NCBI GenBank assembly: GCA_016748015.1
Contig: JAAOMT010000675.1
Location: 558,001-622,000 of the forward strand
Length of the DNA stretch: 64,000 nt
Direction of reading: 5' to 3'
From: Geosiphon pyriformis uo1
Lineage: Eukaryota; Fungi; Glomeromycota
Below, in pieces: positions 52,610 to 64,000 of this stretch; position 1 is the first letter of the stretch; each line of letters starts with the position of its first letter. The notes below the pieces were generated by a model. It did not search any database. It saw only the letters and a list, made by a program, of their open reading frames with translations, and was not told the DNA's origin. A program made the position numbers and the translations under genes.

Positions 52610-53787
52610 TTGAATCAGTTAAAAACCTTGAAAAGTTAGGAGTTTCAATACATAAAATTATTGTAAAAAAGGAAAAAGACGAGCTTGTATGTGAAATTCA
52701 TAAATAAAGTACGGAGGGTTTTGTAATATAAGCTTGACTTGTGGCAATTAAGCCACGTTTCAAGTTCTTTTACTATACACCATTATAGACTTTTGTGGTC
52801 ACACTAATCGCTCAATGTGTGAATTATGGGGCCACTGCTGATTTAATCTTTTTTTAATTGGCTGATCGTTTTGATAACTTATTTTCTCAGGTTAGGAAAA
52901 CGGGAAAATGGAATCACCTTTTTTTCTAAGTAGTTTCGCGTGGCTTCTGAATTAACGGCATTAATCACACAAGCTAATCTTTCTTTCTTTCTTAAATCCA
53001 GCTTTTTGATAGGGTTCAAATTCTTTAACGTCCGAATTAGCTACCTTCGCAACCTTTGAAGTTTTTTCAGTTTTTTTAACTCAATAAATGATGATAGCTG
53101 TGATATTAATATTAAAGTCATAATTAAATTCTTAAATATTTTATTTCTATAATCAGCAATTTTTTATTAATTTTTTGCTTTTGGAAATATTTTAAATGTT
53201 ATAATATTTTCAAATAATCTTGATTTTTTAAAATATTATATTTATTAATTTTATAAAAATTGAAATTAATCAATTATTTAACAAATAAATGGTTATGTGT
53301 AAAAATATATATAAATTATATATACTTAAAGTTTTAAAATTATTTTTTATATAAATCATAAACAAATTATACTTGATAAAACAATTTTACATTTTTAATT
53401 TTTTTTTATTGTCGAAGGTGTAGCCCAACCACTGTTTTTTATATTAAAATTTTATAAAGAATAACAAAATAAATAAATAAATAAAATGTTTATATGTATT
53501 AAAATATGTTAAAACAATTTATTCGGTAATATATAAATATGATTGTTTTTAATTTTAAATAGGTTACATTTAAAATAATATTGTTTTAATTTATATTATA
53601 AAAAATTAAATTTTCATTCAACAATAAATTGATCATGTAAAAAAACTATTTATGCAAATGATTAATTTATGATAACAATTTAATCGAAACACTTCACCAA
53701 ATCAGAAAAAACATCATTCAAAAGCCTTAAACGAAGCCTATTAAGAGGGAAATCATAAACATTGGTAATGCTCAAAAAAAAAAAAAA

Positions 53788-53788
<1 letters not shown>

Positions 53789-53819
<31 letters not shown>

Positions 53820-53830
53820 TGATGATGATA
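53789..53830. repeat. (AAT)n/(GAT)n microsatellite after a poly(A) run
   Basis: Visible directly in the sequence. Confidence 0.9.
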
Positions 53831-54298
53831 AATGAATTTCGAGATTAGTTTATTATTTTTGATTTTCTGATGGAAAATAACCATAAAATTGTATTTTTTT
53901 CTTGTAAATAAATATTAGGAAATTTTGTTACTTGCCCAAATATTACATTAAGTTTGCGTGATTCGAAACACAAGAACAAAAAATTCATGCAGGAACCCTT
54001 TCCTTAATCGGGTTATTTTCGGACATAAAATATAAGATTAATTTATTAAGAATGATTAAGTTATCGTAAACTTTGTACATCGTTGCAAGATGCCAAAATA
54101 ACTCGCGATGCGACGCCTCGGTGTTATTGTGTAATGGGCTAATGTTCTTTATTTATGAATACAATTTAATAACGTACAGAATTCACGATTTAACGAATTG
54201 TCTGAAAATTTTGAGGTTTAATACGGAGAGAGTGAGGGAAGCGTTGACCAAATAGCTGGATTTTCTCATTAGGATCTCAGCTTATCGTACATGGCAGG

Positions 54299-55372
54299 TT
54301 AGAAAAAGGTCACACAATGAAGGATTGAATAGGGATATTTTTCCTTCCATTCTTGGAGTATTCTTTGCATATCCTCATCAATGTCATTCACCCTTTCGAT
54401 CTGTTGTTAATTATATTCGGGTGAGCATTGTCATAATCATACCATGACATTAAAATTTAAAAAGACAGGTAAATTGGGTGAATTTGATTGGCAAATTTTT
54501 ATTCCAGAGTGAAAATTTTTTTGATTCGGTTAGCAGATGATGTGTAGTTAGATTTCTCATTCGCAGGCAATGACCAAAAAAACTCATACTCCATTGGTGA
54601 AATGGAGGCAATAGTAAAGAAAATATAGGAATAGGAGAAAATAAAATACAGACCATCTGAGCAAGTTGTAAAATTGCACGTCCACCAAGCATTGCGTCTT
54701 CGTGATTGTCTTTAATCTCAATATTAATAAGGTGAACCGGTCTATTTCTCTCTTGGCCCCTGTTTATCAAATCTATGCGATGGAAAAATTAGTGATAAAA
54801 CAAGTCAGACTTCAAAGAAGAGTGTTCAGAATTGCGTCTATTACCTTCGATGACCGCATCGAAACAACGTTCTTCGCAAGTTAGAATAACATCAAAGATG
54901 CTAGTGGTATCTTGCCACCTTTCAGGGGCTCTTTTAATCTTGCGATTTCTGTCCAACATATCCAAGAGGCCATTTTGAGAATATCTAAGGAAAATAGGTT
55001 CATTGTTGAAAATCTTGTGTCAGATTCCATAGGTAAAGTTTCCCAATTTGCCTAATTAAGTCTAAAAACCTACAGCTTTGGATCTTTATTTTTCAGTTCT
55101 TGATACATATGATCATAGGGAGTCCCAAAATTATAAATGTTTGGCTTGTCGATGCTCGGCCCAGGAAGACGAACTGCGGATCCAGTACCATAAGAGGCCA
55201 CTTTAAAGCCTTTTTTACTACATATAAGACATTGAAGTTGATTTACTATAATGAAAACTTAAGTAATTGGTTAATTTCAAGAATGGAGTTCTAGAAATGC
55301 TTACGAAAGTACATGATGAGCTTCCATGCTACGGTTTTGATTACTTGCGCAAATAATCGCGAATGTAACCAT
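54299..55372 (-). CDS. SSU72: RNA polymerase II CTD phosphatase Ssu72 (multi-exon)
   Basis: Manual translation: [12 protein letters not shown] (CX5R), [59 protein letters not shown]. Confidence 0.93.
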
Positions 55373-55615
55373 CTTGTCACGACGAAACGTCAAAGTTCTA
55401 ATATTTTAGGTTTTTACCAATACGTTGTATTACTTTTCTCTGATTAAATTTTCACGTGTGCTCGCAGTTGATTTACCATAATTAGTTGGACAATCTCATT
55501 TAAACAAATGCGGTCGTTGCATTTTCATTTAATTTCCAGGACCGCCATTGAACTTCTTAAAACATCATGCGACGAGTTTCCCGCTTTTAAAAATTTTGAT
55601 TAGAATAAAACTAAG

Positions 55616-58310
55616 GTGTTCGCTTTGGGGTCAACTAACTACCACGAATGCAACTTTCTGGTTGCCCGGAAGAAAAGTCTGCTTTCGTTATCAGCTACGG
55701 AAAGCAGTAGTGAGGACGAGGCGAACGGAAGCGTGGAGAACTCCGGGAAAACCACGGAACAGCCCAAGAAGTTAGGTATGCAAAAGCCGCAACTTCAACA
55801 GCTTCCTCAAAGTCCAGTGGAGCGATGGCTTATATTGGCCTCAGCCTTTTTGGCAACTTTGAGATTGTTACAAACAATGCCAAATAGTAAAACGGGCTAC
55901 ATTGAGGCATTAGGTAACGTCAATTGAACTTGCTTAGCTAATTTCATTTAACTTGAATTCTTTAAACTCTAAATATTATTGAATCTCGCAAATAGATTTG
56001 ATATTACTAGCAGTTTGGACTTGGTGTATATATTCTATCCGTTTTCCAAATATCAAAGGAGATGGACATAGAGTGTGGGGTACTGAATTGAAATGCTATA
56101 GGTTCAAGTGAATTCCTTAAATTGATGTATTATATCCTCGCCTTCAGCGGGATTCATCTACTCAATATTGATCTTTACTCAACAGAGAAGAAGCTGATGA
56201 TGGCGCTTTTTATGGCACCTTGTTAATTCCTATCATTTCTGTGGGTAAATTAGTAGATGTGCAAAATTCAAATGAAAATGGTCCTTATATTGGTATGATT
56301 TTTATAATTGTGATGAAAGTTCATCCTCACTCAATCTTACATTTGGCCATATTTCAGAGTTCTTTCAGGCAAATACAGAACTGAGCATATTATTGGGTTC
56401 TGGGATCATACTTCACATGTTTTTATCCAAGCATTTCCTTATTAAGAGGTTGGCGAGGATTTGGATCATAACAATCTCCATAGGACTCTCTCTATTGATA
56501 TACCTAATCCTAGCAAAACTGGAGCGTTTTCCGTTGTTACGACGTAAGTTTACCTACCTTTTTGTAATTGTCTCCTTAATTTGTGCATTTAGCATATTTT
56601 TGTAACCAGCATCCAAAATATAGAATTTCCGTGGCATTATATTATTTTCTCGCAAATTTTCTATCAATTATCCTTGTACACAATTGCAAATATTTTCAAA
56701 AGGAGTTTCACCTTTGGTGAGCTAGCAATTTTGTCACAATCCCTTACGCTATTAGCCGTTGAAGCGTGGGTCTTGACTCTAAATGAGGTAAAACAGAAAT
56801 TTTAGATTGCTTATTCATTCTCAAGGTCTGACTTTTTTATTATTCCTAAATCAGCTCAATTATATCGATCTTCCATCTTATATGAAAACATCTCCTTCAC
56901 CCTTGACAATTTTCCAAATTGCCTTAATATTGGGAATATTAATGATCGGAGTTTTGCTTTCCCCTTTTCTTCTGCGTTCTCGACGTCTAGCCCAACAACC
57001 AATGTGGAAATCCAAAGATCCTCGAGGATTCGAAAATGAAAAAAAATGGATCGCATTTATAATCTATATCGGGACTTTGACTATAGTCATAGGTTGTATT
57101 GGCCTATGGGTGCAGAAGATTCTCAAGGAAAATCCTTATTTATGGTGATTATTCTCCTGCTTTGGTTGAATCAGTACATATCTATTTTTGATATTAACAT
57201 AAGCTATGAATTCCACGGTTTGAAGGATCTTGAAATTTATTTTCGCATCATCTACTCGTATTCTCTTATCTATTTATTGGATTTCTGCGGTCACGCTATC
57301 GATCATTTTTTTCAATCAAATTTTGCAGGGGCGCAAGGGTTTATCGCTGAATGCTAAACGAAAATATTTTCATGCTCTCGCGACCGTGATGTTCATTCCC
57401 GGGTATTTACTTGATGTTAGTCTGGAGTATCCATGCTAATTTCTTGTGTGTCAAGCTTCGATACAAAAACTTCATCACTTTTTCAATATCTTATGATTTT
57501 TAGTCGGAATTTATGCACCTTGCATTCAGTGTTGCACTTACGTTCCTGATATTTTTGGAATACTTACGATATTTTGCGGTATATCCATTGGGTAAACAAC
57601 TCCATATTTTTTTGAGCGAATTTCTGGATCATCGTGATACTGGACCTACCATTTTGAGCCACTTATACCTACTCTTTGGATGCGCCTCTAGCGTTTGGTT
57701 GCGAGGGTTAGTTCAATCTCTGTTTTGAATGATCCAAACAAAAAGTCGCTCTGGCTAGAATTTTTTTGCTTTACTTCAGAAATTCTATTATTGCCGGTGC
57801 TTCGGGAATTCTTACGCTTGGTCTTGGGGATTCCATGGTAATATCATTGGACGTTTTTATTTTTTATTTGGGCTTCGATTTTTCAATAAATTTTTCTTTT
57901 GATCTAGGCGTCAGTTATTGGCCGTCGTTACGGACGATGCCGCTGGTCAGGGACATTAAAAACCATTGAAGGAACGGTAGCCTTTATAATATCTTTGTTG
58001 ATGGGTACCACTCTGACGGTTTTTTGTGCAGGTGAAGCCGCATCTTTGAGCCTTTTTCAGGTGTGAAATAGTTTTGTTTAAATTGTTTGATGAAAAATCG
58101 AAATTAATGAAAATCTTTACAGTGGGCAAAATACTCTTTCATAGTCATCTTAACAGGTAAAGAGATATGTTATGGTGTTTTTATTTTCAATTACTTACTG
58201 ACTCTGAATTTAAATGAATAATTCAAGCTCTTTTAGAAGCATCTTCTTATCAAAATGATAATCTTGTAATTCCATTATACATATGGCCCATGGTTTCTTT
58301 ATTAGTCTGA
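55616..58310 (+). CDS. SEC59: Dolichol kinase (start codon uncertain)
   Basis: RKYFHALA, FLDHRDTGPTILSHLYLLFGCA, GILTLGLGDSMAS.IG, KTIEG, QNDNLVIP; many TM segments. Confidence 0.9.
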
Positions 58311-60044
58311 GGAAAAAGTCTTGGATAAAGGTTTTGAATTTTAGAATTTAATTTTTAAATAGGAAGACATATTTATTGCCTCCTTAAAATATTTCATGCA
58401 AAGCAAAGAAAAAACTAAATTAGAATAATTTTAAAGATCAAACAATTTTAAACATTGAATAAATAATTTTTAATTATACATGTTAAAAAACTTGGGCGTT
58501 TGAAATTTTGAAATAATAAAATTTTTACTTAAAACACTTAGTAAATACATATATTAATGTTATACATATGTTATAAAAACAATAATAATCATTAATATAA
58601 CAAAATATAATATCAATATTTTAATAAAAACGTTTAAAATTATTTTCAAATAATAAAATTAATATAACAATTTATTAAATATTTTTATTAAAAATAAATG
58701 ATATTCTAAAATAAGTAGGTGTAAGTTTTATGTTAATTATATTTTTTTATGTCAAATGCAAAAATAAATATATAATATACGTAATTAAAAAACAATTAAA
58801 ATAATAAAGTAGAACAAAATTATAATTAATATTATTTGCTGTATTAAATTAACAAATAATTATTTTATAAATCATATTTGATTTTAATTAATTTTAATAT
58901 TATTTAATAATTGTAATTATTATTAATTTCTGAAAATATCAAATTTGACTTAATTTACATTCTTTATAAATGTATTTATGAACTATTTATTCTTGAGAAA
59001 ATTTAATAAATAATTTATTTTAATTATTAATTTGATAAATAAAACTATTTCGTTATTTAAGTTATTTTAAAATTTTACTAATAAATTAATTTCACGGTTT
59101 CCTTAATTAGGGTTTTATCATTTGCCTTTTTTCAATTAGCTTATCCAGTGATTAAAGGCAGAGTATTTCTTTTTCGGGCAGGATCTCATTGCCTATTTTT
59201 AAATATCATTACATTCCATGTAATATGAAATGCATAATTTCTAAGGCTGATGCAAATTATCTTGAGATTTCTTATTTAGGATTTTATTAAATAGCTTTTT
59301 TCCTTGGAGCTATTGATTTACAAAGTAAACTTGCTAAGCAAGGTATATTATAAGCCGCATTGAAAAGGCAATATATAATTATTCATATTATTTTTACTAA
59401 ATAAAAACATTTTAATTCAAGAATGAATTTGCGAAGTCAGACTGTCACATATTTTGCAAAATACTATTCATTATTATTATTATTCAAATTATATTAAGGC
59501 ATATAGGCTTCTGCAAAATCTATTAATTTTATCGATGTTAAAAAGTAAACTGTGAATTGGTACTGTATCGTTTTGTTTGAGGGTTAATTTGGTTCTCTAT
59601 CTCCAAGCTTTCTTGCAATTAAAATACTCTTTCAATAAAAAAAACAGGAAGAATATTGGATAAAAATTTTATACAGAGTAATTTAAACTTTTTCCACCTG
59701 AAATAAAAATAAGTTAATAAATCTTCAAACTTAAAATAAAACAAGGAGGAAACAAATCTAGGCTTCTAAACCTAAATTTGGAGAATAATTCTAATTCTCG
59801 AATCTTAATTTATTCAATTCTTAGCCCTTAAGACAAATAAGTAGCTTTTATCCAAATCATTACACTTTCGATAAAACCTTTTGTTTCTTCGAAGTTTGTG
59901 ACGTTATAGTGGCAGACATAAAATAGATTACAAAAAGATGGTTTAACTTTAGGAGAAAAATTTAAACTATTTTCAATAATTAAATTAAAATTAAAAAATT
60001 TAAGAAAAATCAAAAGAGATTAGGTTATTTAATTAATAATGAAA

Positions 60045-60542
60045 AAGCATTAAGTGTTGTTTTTGCATTAAGTTTGTTAAATAAAATAAAGTAAAAAAAT
60101 AAACTTAAAAGAAAATAAAATACAACTATTTACCTCGACTGATACAATACTCGGAATCTCTAAACATGCCTGAACTTCTCTGATTTTGTTGTTTTTGATA
60201 TAAATTCCATTGAAATTCTCATAGCCAACATTTCTCCTTTACAAAATTCAGAAATGTGAGTGATTTAAAGGATGTTGGAATACTGGAAAAACATGTTTTT
60301 CCAGTATTCCAACATCCTTTAAATCACTCACATTTCTGAATTTTGTAAAGGAGAAATGTTGGCTATGAGAATTTCAATGGAATTTATATCAAAAACAACA
60401 AAATCAGAGAAGTTCAGGCATGTTTAGAGATTCCGAGTATTGTATCAGTCGAGGTAAATAGTTGTATTTTATTTTCTTTTAAGTTTATTTTTTTACTTTA
60501 TTTTATTTAACAAACTTAATACAAAAACAACACTTAATGCTT
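60045..60542. repeat. Spacer-less palindrome with 249-bp arms (1 mismatch); diverged outer arms at ~59510-59725 and ~60560-60735
   Basis: Centre GGAAAAACA|TGTTTTTCC at 60293/60294; perfect over 60067-60520. Confidence 0.95.
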
Positions 60543-60924
60543 CTTTATCTTTAGTTCGTTTAAACATTTATTAACTTAATTTATTTTAGGTGGAAAAAGT
60601 TTAAATTACTCTGCATAAAATTTTTATCTAATATTCTTGGAGATAGAAAACCAATTTTACCACCAAACAAAACGATACAGTACCAACATTAACGGTATGA
60701 TTTGTTAACATCGATAAGAGTTAATTGATTTTGCGTATACATAGATACAGAAACCCTATTCAATAAATATTTGTAAAAATTAATTTTTTTCGAAATATAT
60801 TACTAACTTTTAAATGTTTTAATGTTTTTGCATTATTATTTTATTTTTCAAATTGCACAATTTTTTGATTTTAGCTGATAATGAAATTTAAAATTTAAAG
60901 CTTTTTATTTTTATCTATTATAAG

Positions 60925-61056
60925 TGTCACGAATCCGTTACATATCACGAGATTTGTCAGAGTATTCTGGAGGTTCGCCAGTTACGGAAAAACTTATCTA
61001 GATTAGTCTTGTTTACTTACCTTCTTATCCTGTTTCATCTGTTTCCTATCATAACA
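60925..61056. mobile_element. Very short (132-bp) solo-LTR-like insert
   Basis: TGTCACGA...TCATAACA termini; flanks ATAAG / ATAAA (5-bp TSD with one G>A). Confidence 0.55.
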
Positions 61057-62731
61057 ATAAATTTTAAACTTGAAAGTTTATAATTCAAGACAATAAAATT
61101 TAAGTAAAATAATTAGTGTAAATTGAATAAAACTTGAAAAATAATAATATATTTTTATAACTGTAAGCTTGGATTCTTAAGCAATGTGACTTAACTTGAA
61201 AACTAAAAAAATATTTAGACTTGAAATTTTTTGTTTTTCTAGCTTTCTTGCAAAGCAGAAGTCAAAATCCAAGTTCAAGTAGAAAGCAAGATGCTATATA
61301 AATTGCAGAATGCTTTTAAATCTAATACTTTGATTTAGGGAGATTAAAACTTTGTAAATAGAATGGACTAATTTAGAAAGCTAAAAACTTGCGATGTTCT
61401 ACAAAGCACTTTTTCTTAAAAACCACTATAAGATTTAATATTTTCGAAACTCTTAAAATATAAATTTTTTCTTGAATTAAAAATACCCCAATTTGATGAG
61501 TTAAACTTCCCTTTGTTCAAAAATTTTATGTAAATTTACATTAAATATAATAATATTTTCGCCTTTCCTCTTAAATATCAATATTGTTGTTTTTTTTTGC
61601 CAAAGAGAACTATTTCTAGAACCAGTAATAGAGCATTTGACTTCAAAAAAAATGATATAATTAGATATTTATTTACCATTAAAAAAATTTAATTCTCTCT
61701 AAAAAATTTGAAAAACACTGTCGGATATTTTAAAGTCATATCATGCAATCAAAATTTTTTTTCAAGTAATTAAAATTCTAATGGCTACTTCCCTTTAGAA
61801 AAGATCAAGTTAAATATTTTTAAATATTAAAAATAAAAATTCGTTTTATATCTTTATTTTTGAGTTTTTTATCACAGCCAAGTTTTACCGTTCTTTTCTT
61901 GGTTTTAAATAGGGACTTAAAATTGGCAATAGAATGGAAAAAATATATATAAGCTATGCCATGATCATAGTAAAAATTGTTGCTTTTATTGAATGTACCC
62001 ACAGACAAAAATTAAATAATGAAACTCGGCTCATATATATCTTTTTGAAAGAAAATATTCAATATTTAAATACCATGTTCAATCTTGCAGCTTTTTAGGG
62101 TTTCTATTTAAAGACTCCTTTGTTTCTTAGTCATTTTGAGCTGAACGAATCTCATATTATCCACTTAATTGTAGCTTTGCACAAAGGTAAAGGTGGCCCA
62201 AGAAAAATAATCTGTTTCAAGCTTTCACGCTATTAGGAAAATCGGAGTTTGATGATATCATATTTATAGGGTTCATTTCATTTAGAATATGAAAAGTGAC
62301 TTTAGAGTAATTATATATGTTTTCTCTAATCAGAAAACATGGAAAATTCTAAGTTATGTAAAAAAAAAAAAGAATTTATAAATAATTATTATAATTATTT
62401 TAACTTATTTAGAATCTTGGAAAAATTTTATCGATGTGAATTATTAATATTTTCTGACAAAAATTTTGCATTGTTAAAATTGAGCAGGATTTAAAAATAA
62501 ATATCAAGTTTTTTTTATTAAAAAAGATTTTAAAAACAACTTTTAAAGTCTTATAAAAGCAATAATTAAAATCATATCTAATTATCATCTTGAGTCTCGC
62601 AATTTAAATAATAATTAAGTTTTCTAGCTTCTTATATTGATTTATTTCAAAAATATAAATCTGGGTGGTTCATTAAATTGCAATGACCACAATTTTTTGG
62701 TTTCAGAGTACGTTTTCGTGAGGCTAAAAAA

Positions 62732-64000
62732 ATGTGGAAGCGTTCAAATATCAAATATATCATTACAGCTTTATTTCTCTTATTAGGAATTCACTACTTA
62801 TTCACGTTTACTCACCCAGAAGGTTGGATTTCTTCAAATACTAAGCTTGACGCTTTCTTGGAAGACGAGAAGATATTTCCCCTTTCATCTACCAAAATAC
62901 CAATTACAGAAAAGAAAAAAAATGAGCTGAATTATAAAGAACATTTACCTATCAGTTCCATCAATAACTTTACAAACACAACTTGGGCAAATGGTGCATT
63001 TGTCGTTTTAGTACGTAACAGTGACATTCATTCGTTACGTGCTGCCATGCGCGAAGTAGAAGATCGATTCAATCACAAATATAATTATCCGTGGGTATTC
63101 TTGAACGATGGAGAGTTTTCAAAAGAATTTAAGGAACTTTCTAGTGCAATGACTAAGGGAAATACAGAATATGGTATGTTTAAGATTCTCAAACCAACAA
63201 AGCTAACGAAATCCCATCATATTCAAAATTGAATTTTTGCGGTAAAACTAGGGGTAATTCCTAAGGAGCATTGGAGCGTTCCTAGTTGGATTGATTATGA
63301 CAAAGCGAAGAAAATTTTTAAAAATATGGCTGAAGATAAAATTATATATGGGGGGAGCGAATCTTACAGGCATATGTGCAGGTTATTCCCAGAATTATGA
63401 ATGAATATCTTTTGATTTTCATAGCACCTTATTTCTTTAATTGATCTTTCAGGTTTGAATCCGGTTTTTTCTTTCGTCATCCGTTGTTGCACAAATATGA
63501 CTATTATTGGCGAGTGGAACCTGGTGTTCATTATTATTGCGATATTGACTACGATCCTTTTATATTTATGAAAAAAAATGGGATGAAATACGGTCAGTTT
63601 TTTGTGGCTTGTGGCTTACATTCTTGACTTAAACATGTTTGTAATCTGTCATGCTCATTTTTAACTCCAGGCTGGACGATCTCCTTATACGAATACGAAG
63701 GCACTATTAAAACACTATGGTCAACTGTCAAGAAATTCATGAAAGAATACCCGCAATATATTGCGAAGGATAATTATATAGACTTTATTTCATCTGATAA
63801 AGGGGAAACCTTTAACTTGTACGTGGTGTACTTCCAAAGCCTTTTAATTTTTTGAAATGAATAACTCTAAAATCTATACATTCACCCTGCTCTCCTTATC
63901 AGATGTCATTTTTGGTCGAATTTCGAAATCGGTGATTTGAACTTTCTTAGGAGTGAACAATATTTAAAGTATTTTGAATTCCTAGATCAAGCTGGCGGTT
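62732..64000 (+). CDS. GT15 (Kre2/Mnt1/Ktr family) alpha-1,2-mannosyltransferase, 3' end beyond the window
   Basis: N-terminal TM; [61 protein letters not shown]. Confidence 0.93.

Overview
AT-rich, intron-containing fungal nuclear DNA, most likely Glomeromycotina/Mucoromycota. The LINE proteins resemble those I recall from Geosiphon-like assemblies, but that is inference. Blocks of nested, C>T-eroded transposons (1-29 kb, 34-48.5 kb) separate compact islands of housekeeping genes: CDK11-like kinase, COX7c, CCDC130/YJU2B, CYT1, a HERP-like UBL membrane protein, SSU72, SEC59 and a partial GT15 mannosyltransferase. The transposons include a full-length APE-RT-RNaseH LINE (1728-17987, 9-bp TSD) split by a 9.4-kb Ty3/Gypsy element (3138-12556, 4-bp TSD) that carries a dUTPase and an unknown Cys-rich domain. 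There is also a second decayed full-length LINE, several truncated LINE copies and solo LTRs. The main discovery is a 4.1-kb Sola2-type DNA transposon (24272-28380; 56-bp TIRs, AAAT TSD) inserted into a nuclear LINE. Its transposase and a co-oriented, intronless HAD/NT5C-like cargo gene read through only if TGA = Trp (9 in-frame TGA, 1 TGG, no internal TAA/TAG). This is genetic code 4, as in Mollicutes-related endobacteria, and suggests a eukaryote-type transposon that lived in an endobacterium and carried bacterial genes into the fungal nucleus. Also seen: a position-dependent C>T erosion gradient, a ~500-bp spacer-less palindrome containing exon-like sequence, and a Nextera/Tn5 adapter left in the assembly at 6806-6824.
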